64,000 nucleotides of DNA from an uncultured Bacteroidota bacterium (GTDB lineage: Bacteria; Bacteroidota; Bacteroidia; Flavobacteriales; Flavobacteriaceae): NCBI GenBank assembly GCA_902523635.1, contig CABZAE010000006.1, forward strand, positions 5,623-69,622. Reading direction: 5' to 3'. Of this stretch, positions 18,708-28,214 are shown piece after piece (the first letter of the stretch is position 1; each line of letters opens with the position of its first letter). The notes under the pieces were generated by a model. The model made no database searches. It was not told the DNA's origin and saw nothing but the letters and a program-made list of their open reading frames with translations. Both the position numbers and the translations under genes were made by a program.

Positions 18708-20090
18708 TTAATTTATTTTGGTTAAAGTATTAGAAATAGCATTTTGTAGAATTTGATAACCGTTATCATTTAGATGTAAACCGTCTTGAAGGAAATATTT
18801 TTTTGAAAGTTTTCCATTTTTAAAAAATTTATCAAAAAAATCTAATTGATTAAATTTATTGTTAGATATACTCTCCTCTCGCATTGACTGGTTTATTTTT
18901 TTGATTATTGAAATTTTATTTAGTCTTTCAAAAGAAGGTTTTATTGATAAGTTTATGATTTTAGTTTGTGGGAAAAATAAACTAATTTTTTTAATAAATT
19001 TTAATTGTTGATTGACAATTTCTTTAGATGAATTAAATTTTGATAAATCATTTCCACCCATATAGAGAATAAAGATCTTTGGGTTTAAATTTTTAAAAAT
19101 TAAATTAAAGTTTTTAGAAAGTGAACTAATTAACGCCCCGCCAAAACCGAAATTTTGAACATTGAAATTTGGAAAATCCTTTTTTAAATTAGTCCATAAA
19201 CGTATTGTTGAGCTTCCATAAAAGATAATCTGATCTTTTGTTTTTGTAATGTTTTTAGATTTCAATAATAATTTACTTATCTCGCTTTTAAAGTCTAAAT
19301 CATCATTTACTAAATTTTTAACCCAGAGTTTATACTTGTGATTAAATTCTTTTACAAACAAATTCATCTTAAGATCATCTGAATTTGTAATTCCAAAATC
19401 ACTCATTTTAAATGGTTGCTTGATCTCACACTTAAAATTTCCCTCTGATACTAAATTTTCAAAATTTACATTAACAATTGGGACTATTTTAGGTTCTGGT
19501 TTTATCATTGTTGCAAGTTTAAACACTCCCAACTTAAAATCACCTGGTGAATTGTCAGTATTTAAAGAAAATCCCTCAGGACTAACTATTACACCTTCTC
19601 CTTTCTTTAATGATTTAGCAGAATGACTGTAAAAGTTTTTGTTGAACTTTTTTATTTGTTTGTAGTTAATACCATCGGGGATAAAATTTTGTGCATAAAC
19701 CCTTATGTAATTAAACTTTGAATAATAATTATAATGATTTTTTTCCTCAGGTAATGAACAACGAACAACTCTGTTTCCAGGATTGTTATAATACTTGTAT
19801 AGTATTTTACTACTTATAAAATGACTGTCTAATGTAATTTGAAAATTTCGACCGAGCGTGTAGAATTGATGATTATTAAGGTGGTTGTATACAAATATTG
19901 AATTGCTTTCATATGGAAGATATTCTGAACCCTTAAAAATGTAATCCACATTTGAAAAAAGTTCAGAAAATTTAACGGCACATAAAACTCTTGTATTGGT
20001 ATGATCAAAATTTTGTTCTTTTTTTGAAATGGTTTTGAATAGTTCACCTAAACTATTTTTTATTTGATAGTCAATTATCCGAGGGGTCAT
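18708..20090 (-). CDS. fusion protein: acyltransferase-like N-terminal half plus SGNH/GDSL hydrolase C-terminal half
   Basis: 460 aa. N-half has the PlsC-like block VIVSPEGFS. C-half has SGNH blocks FYGSSTIRLW (I), FGFGGALIS (II), YMGGNDL (III), DGLHLNDNGY (V). Abuts the otsAB stop with no gap. Confidence 0.65.
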   Translation of the reverse strand: MTPRIIDYQIKNSLGELFKTISKKEQNFDHTNTRVLCAVKFSELFSNVDYIFKGSEYLPYESNSIFVYNHLNNHQFYTLGRNFQITLDSHFISSKILYKYYNNPGNRVVRCSLPEEKNHYNYYSKFNYIRVYAQNFIPDGINYKQIKKFNKNFYSHSAKSLKKGEGVIVSPEGFSLNTDNSPGDFKLGVFKLATMIKPEPKIVPIVNVNFENLVSEGNFKCEIKQPFKMSDFGITNSDDLKMNLFVKEFNHKYKLWVKNLVNDDLDFKSEISKLLLKSKNITKTKDQIIFYGSSTIRLWTNLKKDFPNFNVQNFGFGGALISSLSKNFNLIFKNLNPKIFILYMGGNDLSKFNSSKEIVNQQLKFIKKISLFFPQTKIINLSIKPSFERLNKISIIKKINQSMREESISNNKFNQLDFFDKFFKNGKLSKKYFLQDGLHLNDNGYQILQNAISNTLTKIN

Positions 20091-22295
20091 TTAATCTAAT
20101 ATGGATTCTAAAAATTTTAATAATTCATTTGGATTTTTTACATAAAATTCGGCTGAACTCACCCTTTTTCCAACCTTTACTGAGACAGAGTTTTTAGGCA
20201 GTGCTTTAAACATACTTTCATCTGAGACATCATCTCCAGCACATAAAATAAAATCAAAATTGTTATTATTAATTATATTATTAATTATGGTTCCTTTATT
20301 TACATCAGCATTTGTAACTTCAATGGCTTTATCACCATCTAACATCATTAGGTTTTCAGATAGCATACTTTTAATTACAGTTTTTAACTCTACTACTCTT
20401 ATATTGGCTAACTCAGGATCTGATTTTCGATAATGCCAAACTAAACAGTGATTTTTTTCTTCCAAAAAGGTTCCAGGTGTTCTGTCACAAAAATCTTGGA
20501 AAATTGGCAGAAAGTTTTGTTTCCATTTGCTTTCCAAAGTAAATGGCTGTAACCATTTATCATTGGTATCTTTGATAAAATGTCCATGTTCGGCAATTAA
20601 ACCAATAGAGGGAATATTGAAATTTTCATCTAGAAATTTTTTATCTCTTCCACTAACTATATATACTTTGTTTTTATTCTCATCAGACATTTTTTTAAGA
20701 AGACTAATTAGGCTTTTTGTTGGAGTTGCAACTTCGGGTTTGTGATGAAAATTTACTAAGGTTCCATCGTAATCTAAAAGAAACAGTCTGTTCTTTGATT
20801 TTTTAAATTTTTTATTTAAAACATCAATTGTAGATTTAACAACCTTTTTTGCTGATTTTTCAATTACTTCTTTGGATTTATTTTTTAGAGATGAAAAGAA
20901 AGCGTTTGCCCAATACTCTACATTATATCTGCTCAACCTTTTTTGCATTGTTGTATTTCGTCTAATTTGTTCTTCAGCTGACATATTAATAGCCTTATAT
21001 ATTGCATCAGCCATTGAATGTAAATCAAAAGGATTTATGGTGATCGAGTCATATAGTTCTTTTGATGCACCCGCCATTTCACTCAAAATTAAAACCCCTT
21101 TTTTGTCAACTCTTGTTGCAACAAATTCTTTTGCAACTAGATTCATACCGTCTCTAACTGGAGTAATCATTGCTATGTCTGATAACATATATAAATCAAT
21201 CAAATCATCAAAATTCATTTCCCTATAATAATACCAAATTGGTGTCCAATTTACTGTGGCATAGTTTCCATTTATTCTTCCAACTAACTCATCGGTCTCT
21301 TTTTTCAACCTCTTGTATTGCGGAACGTCTGATCTTGAGGGAACAGTTAACATAACAAGCCTTACTTTTTCAATGTATTTGGGATATTTATTAAGGAAAA
21401 TTTCAAAAGATTTTAACCTATTTATAACTCCCTTAGTGTAATCGAGTCTATCAATTGATAAAATAAGTTTACTGTCCTCAGTGTTTTTTTTATGAAGTTC
21501 AAGTTGTTTTTTTAGTTCTGTTTTTTCTGATTTGTTTTGATTTAAGTGGGCATTGGCAGCATTGAAAAATTTTTTAAAATCTATCCCCATTGGGAAAGTG
21601 TTAACAGTAATTTCTCTAGAACCAAATGAAACTTTATTAAACAAAACATCATATCTTAAAATTCTTTGAACTGAACTTAAAAAATGTCTTTGATAATCAA
21701 ACGTATGAAAACCTATCAAATCTGCTCCTAACATTCCCTCAAGAAGATCGACTCTCCAGGGAAAAATTCTAAAAATTTCAAAGGATGGGAAAGGAATGTG
21801 TAGAAAAAAACCAACCGTCAAATCTGGTCGTAAATCCTTGATCATTTTGGGCAGCAAAAGAAGCTGATAATCATGAACCCAAACCGTTCCATTTATTGCA
21901 ATTTTATCAACAATGTGGGAACAAAACTTTTTGTTAATTTTGACATACGAGTCCCACATTGAATTATCAAATTTTGCAAATTCAATAAAATAATGAAATA
22001 GCGGCCATATACATTTGTTTGACATTCCATAATAGAACTCATTAATCTCATCATCATCAAGTCTAACTTGGCTCAACTTTAATTTTTTTAGGTGTTCATC
22101 AATAATTTTATTTTGATTTTGTTCAATTAAATCAGAAGAAACTCCAGCCCATCCAACCCACAAAGTATCACCTCTTTTGTGTATTGAATTGAGTCCTGTA
22201 GCCAGACCACCTGTGGAGGGTTTGAAATCAAACTTATCGTTTGATTTAGTAATTTGGATAGGCAGTCTATTTGAAACAATAATATTACTATCCAT
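20091..22295 (-). CDS. otsA: bifunctional trehalose-6-phosphate synthase (GT20) / trehalose-6-phosphate phosphatase (HAD)
   Basis: 734 aa. OtsA blocks IVSNRLP, LWVGW, VWVHDYQLLLLP. C-terminal HAD motif LFLLDYDGTLV and GDDVSDE. Confidence 0.9.
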   Translation of the reverse strand: MDSNIIVSNRLPIQITKSNDKFDFKPSTGGLATGLNSIHKRGDTLWVGWAGVSSDLIEQNQNKIIDEHLKKLKLSQVRLDDDEINEFYYGMSNKCIWPLFHYFIEFAKFDNSMWDSYVKINKKFCSHIVDKIAINGTVWVHDYQLLLLPKMIKDLRPDLTVGFFLHIPFPSFEIFRIFPWRVDLLEGMLGADLIGFHTFDYQRHFLSSVQRILRYDVLFNKVSFGSREITVNTFPMGIDFKKFFNAANAHLNQNKSEKTELKKQLELHKKNTEDSKLILSIDRLDYTKGVINRLKSFEIFLNKYPKYIEKVRLVMLTVPSRSDVPQYKRLKKETDELVGRINGNYATVNWTPIWYYYREMNFDDLIDLYMLSDIAMITPVRDGMNLVAKEFVATRVDKKGVLILSEMAGASKELYDSITINPFDLHSMADAIYKAINMSAEEQIRRNTTMQKRLSRYNVEYWANAFFSSLKNKSKEVIEKSAKKVVKSTIDVLNKKFKKSKNRLFLLDYDGTLVNFHHKPEVATPTKSLISLLKKMSDENKNKVYIVSGRDKKFLDENFNIPSIGLIAEHGHFIKDTNDKWLQPFTLESKWKQNFLPIFQDFCDRTPGTFLEEKNHCLVWHYRKSDPELANIRVVELKTVIKSMLSENLMMLDGDKAIEVTNADVNKGTIINNIINNNNFDFILCAGDDVSDESMFKALPKNSVSVKVGKRVSSAEFYVKNPNELLKFLESILD

Positions 22296-22298
22296 ATA

Positions 22299-24098
22299 TC
22301 AGCTATTGTCAAATTCTAAATTAAAATTGAGTGCTGTATCAATTAAAGCTAAATGTGAGTAAGCCTGAGGAAAATTTCCCAATAACCGCCTGGTCTTAAA
22401 ATCAATGTCTTCACTAAACAAATTCAAATGATTACTATGTTTTAGTAAATTGTCGAACATATTAAGTGCCTTTTTTTGATAACCAATTTTAAAAAGGCTA
22501 TCAATTAACCAAAAAGAACAAACTGTAAATGAAGAACTTGGTAAACCAAAATCATCAACATTTTTATACCTGTACATTAATCCATCTTCACATAGCTCAT
22601 CCTCAATTGCTTTAACAGTTTTTATGTATTTTTCATTTTTTGCATCAATAAATCCGTATGGTTCCATCAACAATACTGATGCATCCAAATGATTGGAGTT
22701 GTATGACTGGGTGAAAGCTTCTTTTTTTTCGTTCCAAGCATTTTTCATTATGTCGTCATAGATTTCTTTTCTTAATGGTTTCCACTTTTTAGCCGAAGTT
22801 CCATTTTGTATTATTTCGGAAACTTTAATGGCTCTGTCAATTGCTACCCAACACAAAACCTTTGAAAAAGTAAAATGTTTATCCTCATTTCTGTATTCCC
22901 AAATACCCTTATCAGGTAATTTCCAGTTGTTTGCAACAACCCAAACAATTGATTTAACTATCGACCACAATTCTTGGTTTTTGTCATCATCGTTAAATTT
23001 AACTATCTGAAAATGTATCGCATCCATTAAGATACCATATATGTCATTTTGTTTTTGAATGTAGGCTGCGTTTCCAATTCTAACAGGTTTTGAATGCATA
23101 TAGCCTTTTAAATAATCCAATGTTTTTTCAGTAAGATTTTTCTCACCATTAATTCCATACATTATTTGAAGTTTTTCATTTTTTTCAGGTATGAGATTCA
23201 GAATGTATTTGATAAAATCTTTAACAATTTTTTTATGTCCTAACTTTGCAACAACCTTTATAACCATTGAGGCATCTCTTATCCAACAAAATCGGTAATC
23301 CCAATTTCTAACTTCACCAATTGTTTCTGGGATGGAGGTTGTGGCAGCAGCTAATACTGCTCCAGTTTTTTCATATGTCAATAACTTGAGAGTTATAGCG
23401 CTTCTTAATATTTCATCATTGTACAATTTATATTTTGGTGTTTTAGAACACCAATTTCTCCAATATACCTTGGTTTTATCGAATTCAAATAAAGCCTCAT
23501 CAATGTCAAAATATTTAATTTTTTCGTGATATGAAATATTAACAAAATGATTCTTTTCAAGAACTATTTCAGGTTGATCTAAGAATTTTTTTTTATTGAA
23601 ACTTGTGTATAAGTATAAGGTGTCATGATTTTCATGATCAATAACACTGACTATAAACCTTTCTTTTATGTAACTATTGGTAACCCCATTTGAATATTCA
23701 AGTCTTGGATCATATAAAATTTTAAATTTTGGTTTTCCGTTTATGTGTTTAAAAATTCTAATTATCTCCGGAGGCGAATAAAAAGATCCATTTTCTCTTT
23801 GGTATCTGGGCATGAAATCTATGATTTCAAACTCATTTTCATTATTTGAAAAGTTAGTAATTAAAATTGAAGTGTTTTCAGAGTATTTTTGTGTAACAGA
23901 ATATGAATCATCGATTATTATTTTGAATATTCCTCCAATTTCATCATCAAGAACGTGAGCAAAAATTGATGGGGAATCAAAGTTTGGTAAACAGCACCAA
24001 ACAATTGAACCGCAGTGATTAATGAGCGCAGCAGATTTACAATTTCCTACAATACCAAAACTTAGATTATTTTCCAAGGAAACATTTTCACGAAGCAT
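22299..24098 (-). CDS. glycoside hydrolase family 15 (glucoamylase/trehalase-like)
   Basis: 599 aa. N-terminal GIVGNCKSAALINHCGSIVWCCLPNFDSPSIFA pattern and WIRDAS block typical of bacterial GH15. Confidence 0.85.
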   Translation of the reverse strand: MLRENVSLENNLSFGIVGNCKSAALINHCGSIVWCCLPNFDSPSIFAHVLDDEIGGIFKIIIDDSYSVTQKYSENTSILITNFSNNENEFEIIDFMPRYQRENGSFYSPPEIIRIFKHINGKPKFKILYDPRLEYSNGVTNSYIKERFIVSVIDHENHDTLYLYTSFNKKKFLDQPEIVLEKNHFVNISYHEKIKYFDIDEALFEFDKTKVYWRNWCSKTPKYKLYNDEILRSAITLKLLTYEKTGAVLAAATTSIPETIGEVRNWDYRFCWIRDASMVIKVVAKLGHKKIVKDFIKYILNLIPEKNEKLQIMYGINGEKNLTEKTLDYLKGYMHSKPVRIGNAAYIQKQNDIYGILMDAIHFQIVKFNDDDKNQELWSIVKSIVWVVANNWKLPDKGIWEYRNEDKHFTFSKVLCWVAIDRAIKVSEIIQNGTSAKKWKPLRKEIYDDIMKNAWNEKKEAFTQSYNSNHLDASVLLMEPYGFIDAKNEKYIKTVKAIEDELCEDGLMYRYKNVDDFGLPSSSFTVCSFWLIDSLFKIGYQKKALNMFDNLLKHSNHLNLFSEDIDFKTRRLLGNFPQAYSHLALIDTALNFNLEFDNS

Positions 24099-24519
24099 TT
24101 GTCAATGTTCGTTCAACATTGTAAACTTGTTTCCTAAGACCGGAGGATGAAAAACGATGCTCTCTTTTGTTATAATATAGTTCGATTCCTTTTTTAATAC
24201 AATAATCTTTTCCAGTAAAATTTATCTTTTTATACTCTTCTCCGATAATTCTTACATTGATTTTGAAAGATGACAAAATATCTAAAAGATCTTGTTCAGT
24301 AGCGTAAGGGACAATTTCATCAATAAACTTACATGATTTGAGTTGAATATATCTCTCAACAACAGTTTGTATTGGTTTATTTTTCTCTGGCCTATCCAGA
24401 GTTGGATCAACTTGCAACCCAACTATAAGATAATCACATTGTGTTTTGGCCTCCTCCAACATTTTTATATGACCTGCATGAAATAAGTCAAAACAACTAA
24501 AAGTGATACCTGTTTTCAT
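24088..24519 (-). CDS. cytidylyltransferase-family nucleotidyltransferase (glycerol-3-phosphate cytidylyltransferase-like)
   Basis: 143 aa. HxGH motif in FSCFDLFHAGHIKMLEEA. C-terminal R..SSSGLR block. 11-nt overlap with the GH15 gene. Confidence 0.8.
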   Translation of the reverse strand: MKTGITFSCFDLFHAGHIKMLEEAKTQCDYLIVGLQVDPTLDRPEKNKPIQTVVERYIQLKSCKFIDEIVPYATEQDLLDILSSFKINVRIIGEEYKKINFTGKDYCIKKGIELYYNKREHRFSSSGLRKQVYNVERTLTNAS

Positions 24520-24675
24520 AAATACCTTGCAATTTTAGTGATATAATCTGTAATTAAACAGAAATAATCTACTTAATTGTGGAAATTTATATAGTTAATA
24601 ATTTTTAATATTTAATATTAACAATTACATATTAAATTACAATGGAATTTATTAAATAAGGAAAAACAAAGTTTT

Positions 24676-24703
24676 TTGTTTTTAGGATCTTGCTTTATAT
24701 TTG
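24676..24703 (+). promoter_or_regulatory. candidate Bacteroidota promoter for tRNA-Pro(GGG)
   Basis: Perfect -7 box TATATTTG (24696-24703) 6 nt upstream of the tRNA. TTG at 24676-24678 with a 17-nt spacer. Confidence 0.4.
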
Positions 24704-24709
24704 GAAAAT

Positions 24710-24783
24710 CGGGATGTGGCGCAGTCTGGTAGCGTACACGCATGGGGTGCGTGGGGTCGCAGGTTCAAATCCTGTCATCCCGA
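24710..24783 (+). tRNA. tRNA-Pro: tRNA-Pro (anticodon GGG)
   Basis: Acceptor CGGGATG/CATCCCG. Anticodon stem CACGC/GCGTG with loop ATGGGGT. T-arm GCAGG-TTCAAAT-CCTGT. No encoded CCA. Confidence 0.9.
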
Positions 24784-24853
24784 CAATTTTGCATATTTTA
24801 ACGTAATCCAACACACATTATTAAATTTAATTTTGACAGATATTTAAAGAATT

Positions 24854-25534
24854 CTATATTTTTTTAAGTGAAAAATTATATTTTAATATTAATATATGTT
24901 GTGTTAATGGAGAATCAACGTTTACTTCTTTTTGGAATACATAATTTACAGAAATAGAATTCTGTTTTTTTATGTCTAATTTTGTTCCAATAAAAAATCT
25001 GTATTTTTTTAAGTTCTTATCGAAATTTAAATTCTCTTTAGTAAAAAATTCAATTCCAGCTATAGGATCAGCTTTCCAGTCTACGATATCACGTTTAAAC
25101 TCAAATTTGGTTCTTAAGTAATCATTGGAAATCAGATCTTGATTTCCAACTCCATTTTTTTGTTGAAACTGAATTCTGAGTCTAAAATTATATTTTTTAA
25201 AATTATAAGATCCTGACAAAAACGCGTGATATCTTATGAATTTTTTATGTAATTGGCTATTTTCATCATATAATAATTGGTCTATTCCTCTGTATCCAAA
25301 TCCTGAGCTAATGAAATCATTAATTTTAAATTTTAGACCAATCTCATAAAAAGATTGATTGTAGATTTCACCTATTGATTTAATTCTTAATTGACCTGCA
25401 CCATATATTTTAATATTTTTTGCAATTGGGTAATCGACCCCAAAACTAGACCAGTTCTCAAATCTTTCTTCATTTTGACTTAGCGAGGTAAAAAATGAAA
25501 AAAGAGTTACAAATAATGAAAATTTGATTTTCAA
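24854..25534 (-). CDS. outer-membrane beta-barrel protein (DUF2490-like)
   Basis: 226 aa. Signal peptide. Alternating Tyr/Phe/Gly amphipathic strands. Family assignment is by resemblance only. Confidence 0.5.
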   Translation of the reverse strand: MKIKFSLFVTLFSFFTSLSQNEERFENWSSFGVDYPIAKNIKIYGAGQLRIKSIGEIYNQSFYEIGLKFKINDFISSGFGYRGIDQLLYDENSQLHKKFIRYHAFLSGSYNFKKYNFRLRIQFQQKNGVGNQDLISNDYLRTKFEFKRDIVDWKADPIAGIEFFTKENLNFDKNLKKYRFFIGTKLDIKKQNSISVNYVFQKEVNVDSPLTQHILILKYNFSLKKI

Positions 25535-25535
25535 A

Positions 25536-27065
25536 TCAGTTTTGTGTAAATGGGTATAGATCTTTTATAGGACCAAATTTATAGTCAAGCGCGTCTAGCC
25601 TTGTCGTTCCAATAAAATCACCTGGTGCATCAACTACCATAATGGTTTTAGAGTATCCTGTTTCATCAAATCCTCTTCGAAAATGGACCCTTGATTTTAC
25701 TACAATAACATCGAATTTATCAGGATTTAGACCACCAAATCGAAGTGATGAAGGTCTTATTATTTGTTCATATGTAGGTACAATTATTATTACATTACCT
25801 TGACCAAATTCAACAACTGCAACATGTTCATAACCAAATCGAGGTCCAAAATATTTTATTACACCTTTGATTTGTAAAGGTGTACCAGCTTGTTCGCCGG
25901 TGTAGCCTCCCACAACATAATCAAACATATCTCCTTTCTTTGCATTAATTTTTACCAACTCTTCCAAAACATTCTCATCTCTGAGAGTAGCAATTAAGAA
26001 ATTTTTTACTTTGTTTTTAATAAGTTCTGAAGTTATCCAGGTTGCATCTCCTTGACGATCCGAGTAATCTCCAAGTGCCACTGGAGTATCACCATTTTCG
26101 ATAGCTGCCATTGTTTTGATTACCGCTTCATTAGGCATAGGAAATGATCCACCAGCAAACTCCTTTTTTACTCTCAAAAAATAATCATTCATGTCATTTG
26201 CAATCGAATCAGCGAGTTTTTGATTGTCGTTGGTAACTACATGAATTGTTGCCCCGATATCAGGAACATCTGACCAAGGGAATCCATAAAAAACACTAAC
26301 ATATACATCTTGATTTCTATTTTCCCATCTCCTCGCTCTTTCCATGATTTTTGATGCAGGTCCCTCACCAGTCCATTGTAAGACAGTTGGTGTTAGAATG
26401 CCGGGCTTCATTGTAGATGTAGTTGCTTTGAACTTGCTTTTAACAGACCTGTATAAAAAATTTGCAGATCTTTCGCCTTGTAAGGCAGCATCATAATGTG
26501 GAAATCTTTTCGTAACAAATGCAGCATCAGACCATTTTAAAAACTCCTCATCCTCATTTCCATGTAAATCAAATGTTGCCGAGATGGGTACGTTCGGACC
26601 AACAATTTCTCTCACTCTCTTTGCAATCTCAGCTTCTGGTCTTGCAACATCTCTGACTGCCATTGCACCATGAAGAGATAATTGAACACCATCGACAGGA
26701 AGTTTTGATTTTAAATCATCCAAAATTATTTTCATAAAATGTTCAAAACTTTCTTTTGTATTCCAACTTCGAGATGAGCCTCCAAAAACTTGATCTGGGG
26801 AATTTATCCCAATTATTTCAACATCATTAAAAAGGCTAGCTTGGTTAACAAAACCTTTGCTGTAACTACTGGACTCAAGAACATTTTTTCCTTCGACGTA
26901 TGGAACATTTCTAGTCCAATCATTTATATCGGTATCTCCACCAGGACAAAAGGTACATGTTTCATGGAAATATTGAATGACAGCGAATCTATATTTTTTT
27001 TCATCAATGTTACATGAAATTATTGCGAATGAAATAAATAAAAAAATAAAGTGTTTTATATTCAA
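25536..27065 (-). CDS. M81-family metallopeptidase (MlrC/microcystinase-C-like), lipoprotein
   Basis: The track ORF starts at 27113. A TTG at 27065 gives MNIKHFIFLFISFAIISC (lipobox) and removes the 44-nt overlap with the upstream gene. The N-terminal RFAVIQYFHETCTF block is typical of MlrC N-domains. Confidence 0.8.
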   Translation of the reverse strand: MNIKHFIFLFISFAIISCNIDEKKYRFAVIQYFHETCTFCPGGDTDINDWTRNVPYVEGKNVLESSSYSKGFVNQASLFNDVEIIGINSPDQVFGGSSRSWNTKESFEHFMKIILDDLKSKLPVDGVQLSLHGAMAVRDVARPEAEIAKRVREIVGPNVPISATFDLHGNEDEEFLKWSDAAFVTKRFPHYDAALQGERSANFLYRSVKSKFKATTSTMKPGILTPTVLQWTGEGPASKIMERARRWENRNQDVYVSVFYGFPWSDVPDIGATIHVVTNDNQKLADSIANDMNDYFLRVKKEFAGGSFPMPNEAVIKTMAAIENGDTPVALGDYSDRQGDATWITSELIKNKVKNFLIATLRDENVLEELVKINAKKGDMFDYVVGGYTGEQAGTPLQIKGVIKYFGPRFGYEHVAVVEFGQGNVIIIVPTYEQIIRPSSLRFGGLNPDKFDVIVVKSRVHFRRGFDETGYSKTIMVVDAPGDFIGTTRLDALDYKFGPIKDLYPFTQN

Positions 27066-27069
27066 AATT

Positions 27070-28146
27070 TCAATTATTAAAAATTCTAAAAATTTCGAAT
27101 GGTAAATCTCCAAAAGATGCGTTAGATAGATTGGCCATCAAAGAAACTATGTGTCCTGATTCTGATGAGAAGACAAATGTTGTTCCACCAACTGAGCCTC
27201 CAGTGTGTCCTAAAAATTTTTGATTATTTTTTTCTCGAATTGCCCATCCGATACCGTAACTGGTTTTATTTCCATCCATTAGTTCTTGTGGAGATAGCAT
27301 TAAATTTAGTACGTCTGGTCTTAAAAAATCAGAGTTCAAAATATTCCATGTAAATTTAGCCATTTCTTCAGTTGTCGAAATATAACCTCCACCTGCCCAT
27401 TTCCAGCTATTATTAACTGGGTTACTTTCTATAATACTATCAAAATCATTTTTCTCGTAAAATGAAACCTTATTTTCAAAACTCAGATCGTATTGTTCAG
27501 CGTGAGTATTTATTAATTGCATAGGTGAAAAAATTTCTTCATTCATCAAATTAATAAAAGTATCTCCATATGCATTTTCCATTGCCAAACTTAAAAGTGT
27601 CCAAGCATGAGTAGAGTAACTATATTTTTGGCCCGGTTCAAAAAGCAAACTGTCATCTATGAAAATTTCTAATGCATCCAAATTATTTTTATAGTTTTTG
27701 TTAATTTTCATTCCATCGTCTTTATTGTAATGACGAATTCCAGACAGATGACCACTTATTTGTTTCAATGTTATATTTTTTTTGTCAATAGGAATATTAT
27801 CAATGTAATAGGAAACAGAACTGTCTATTTCAATTTGATTGTTTTGATAAAGTTTCATTAGTGCTGTTGCAGTGAGTGTTTTGGAAAAACTTCCTATTCT
27901 AAAAATAGATTGAGAAGGATCTATTTTAGATTTTTTTTTCAGATCAGCAAAACCAAATCCTTTAGAATATCTAATATTACCATCCCTATCAAGCACAGTC
28001 AACGATAATCCAGGAATGCTATTTTCTTTTACAAAATTGATAATTACTTCATCAGCTTTTTTATCCTCAATTTCATAATTATCATTTTTACACGATAGCA
28101 ACAAAAAGGAAGAAAAAATAATGAAATGAATAAAATATTTTTTCAT
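27070..28146 (-). CDS. beta-lactamase-fold serine hydrolase, lipoprotein
   Basis: 358 aa. Lipobox LLLSC. S-x-x-K in FRIGSFSKTLTA. HTGG block near the C-terminus. Confidence 0.85.
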   Translation of the reverse strand: MKKYFIHFIIFSSFLLLSCKNDNYEIEDKKADEVIINFVKENSIPGLSLTVLDRDGNIRYSKGFGFADLKKKSKIDPSQSIFRIGSFSKTLTATALMKLYQNNQIEIDSSVSYYIDNIPIDKKNITLKQISGHLSGIRHYNKDDGMKINKNYKNNLDALEIFIDDSLLFEPGQKYSYSTHAWTLLSLAMENAYGDTFINLMNEEIFSPMQLINTHAEQYDLSFENKVSFYEKNDFDSIIESNPVNNSWKWAGGGYISTTEEMAKFTWNILNSDFLRPDVLNLMLSPQELMDGNKTSYGIGWAIREKNNQKFLGHTGGSVGGTTFVFSSESGHIVSLMANLSNASFGDLPFEIFRIFNN

Positions 28147-28214
28147 ATTAGTAATTTGTAAATTAAACTTTTAAAATATAATAATTTTTTCACTTACAGT
28201 TCCAAATTACAAAT

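Noticed and set aside
20527-22362. Several 60-118-aa ORFs (20527..20745, 20872..21228, 21170..21355, 22127..22312, 22177..22362) within or at the edges of otsAB and GH15.
   Set aside because: All overlap strongly supported long CDS on the opposite strand or another frame. None has a motif, and none fills an intergenic gap.
24520-24709. 190-nt very AT-rich spacer with an A/T-only hairpin (AAAAACAAA-GTTT-TTTGTTTTT near 24662-24685), considered as a small RNA or terminator.
   Set aside because: The stem is entirely A-T pairs and therefore very weak. The region is better explained as the divergent promoter region for the trehalose operon and tRNA-Pro(GGG).
13561-24783. The two tRNA-Pro genes bracket an 11-kb accessory-looking segment (hydrolases, sulfatase, trehalose operon), which might be a genomic island.
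   Set aside because: There is no integrase, transposase or plasmid/phage gene. I saw no direct repeat of a tRNA 3' end. By eye the composition is the same as the flanks. The two tRNAs are distinct isoacceptors (TGG and GGG), not a duplicated attachment site.
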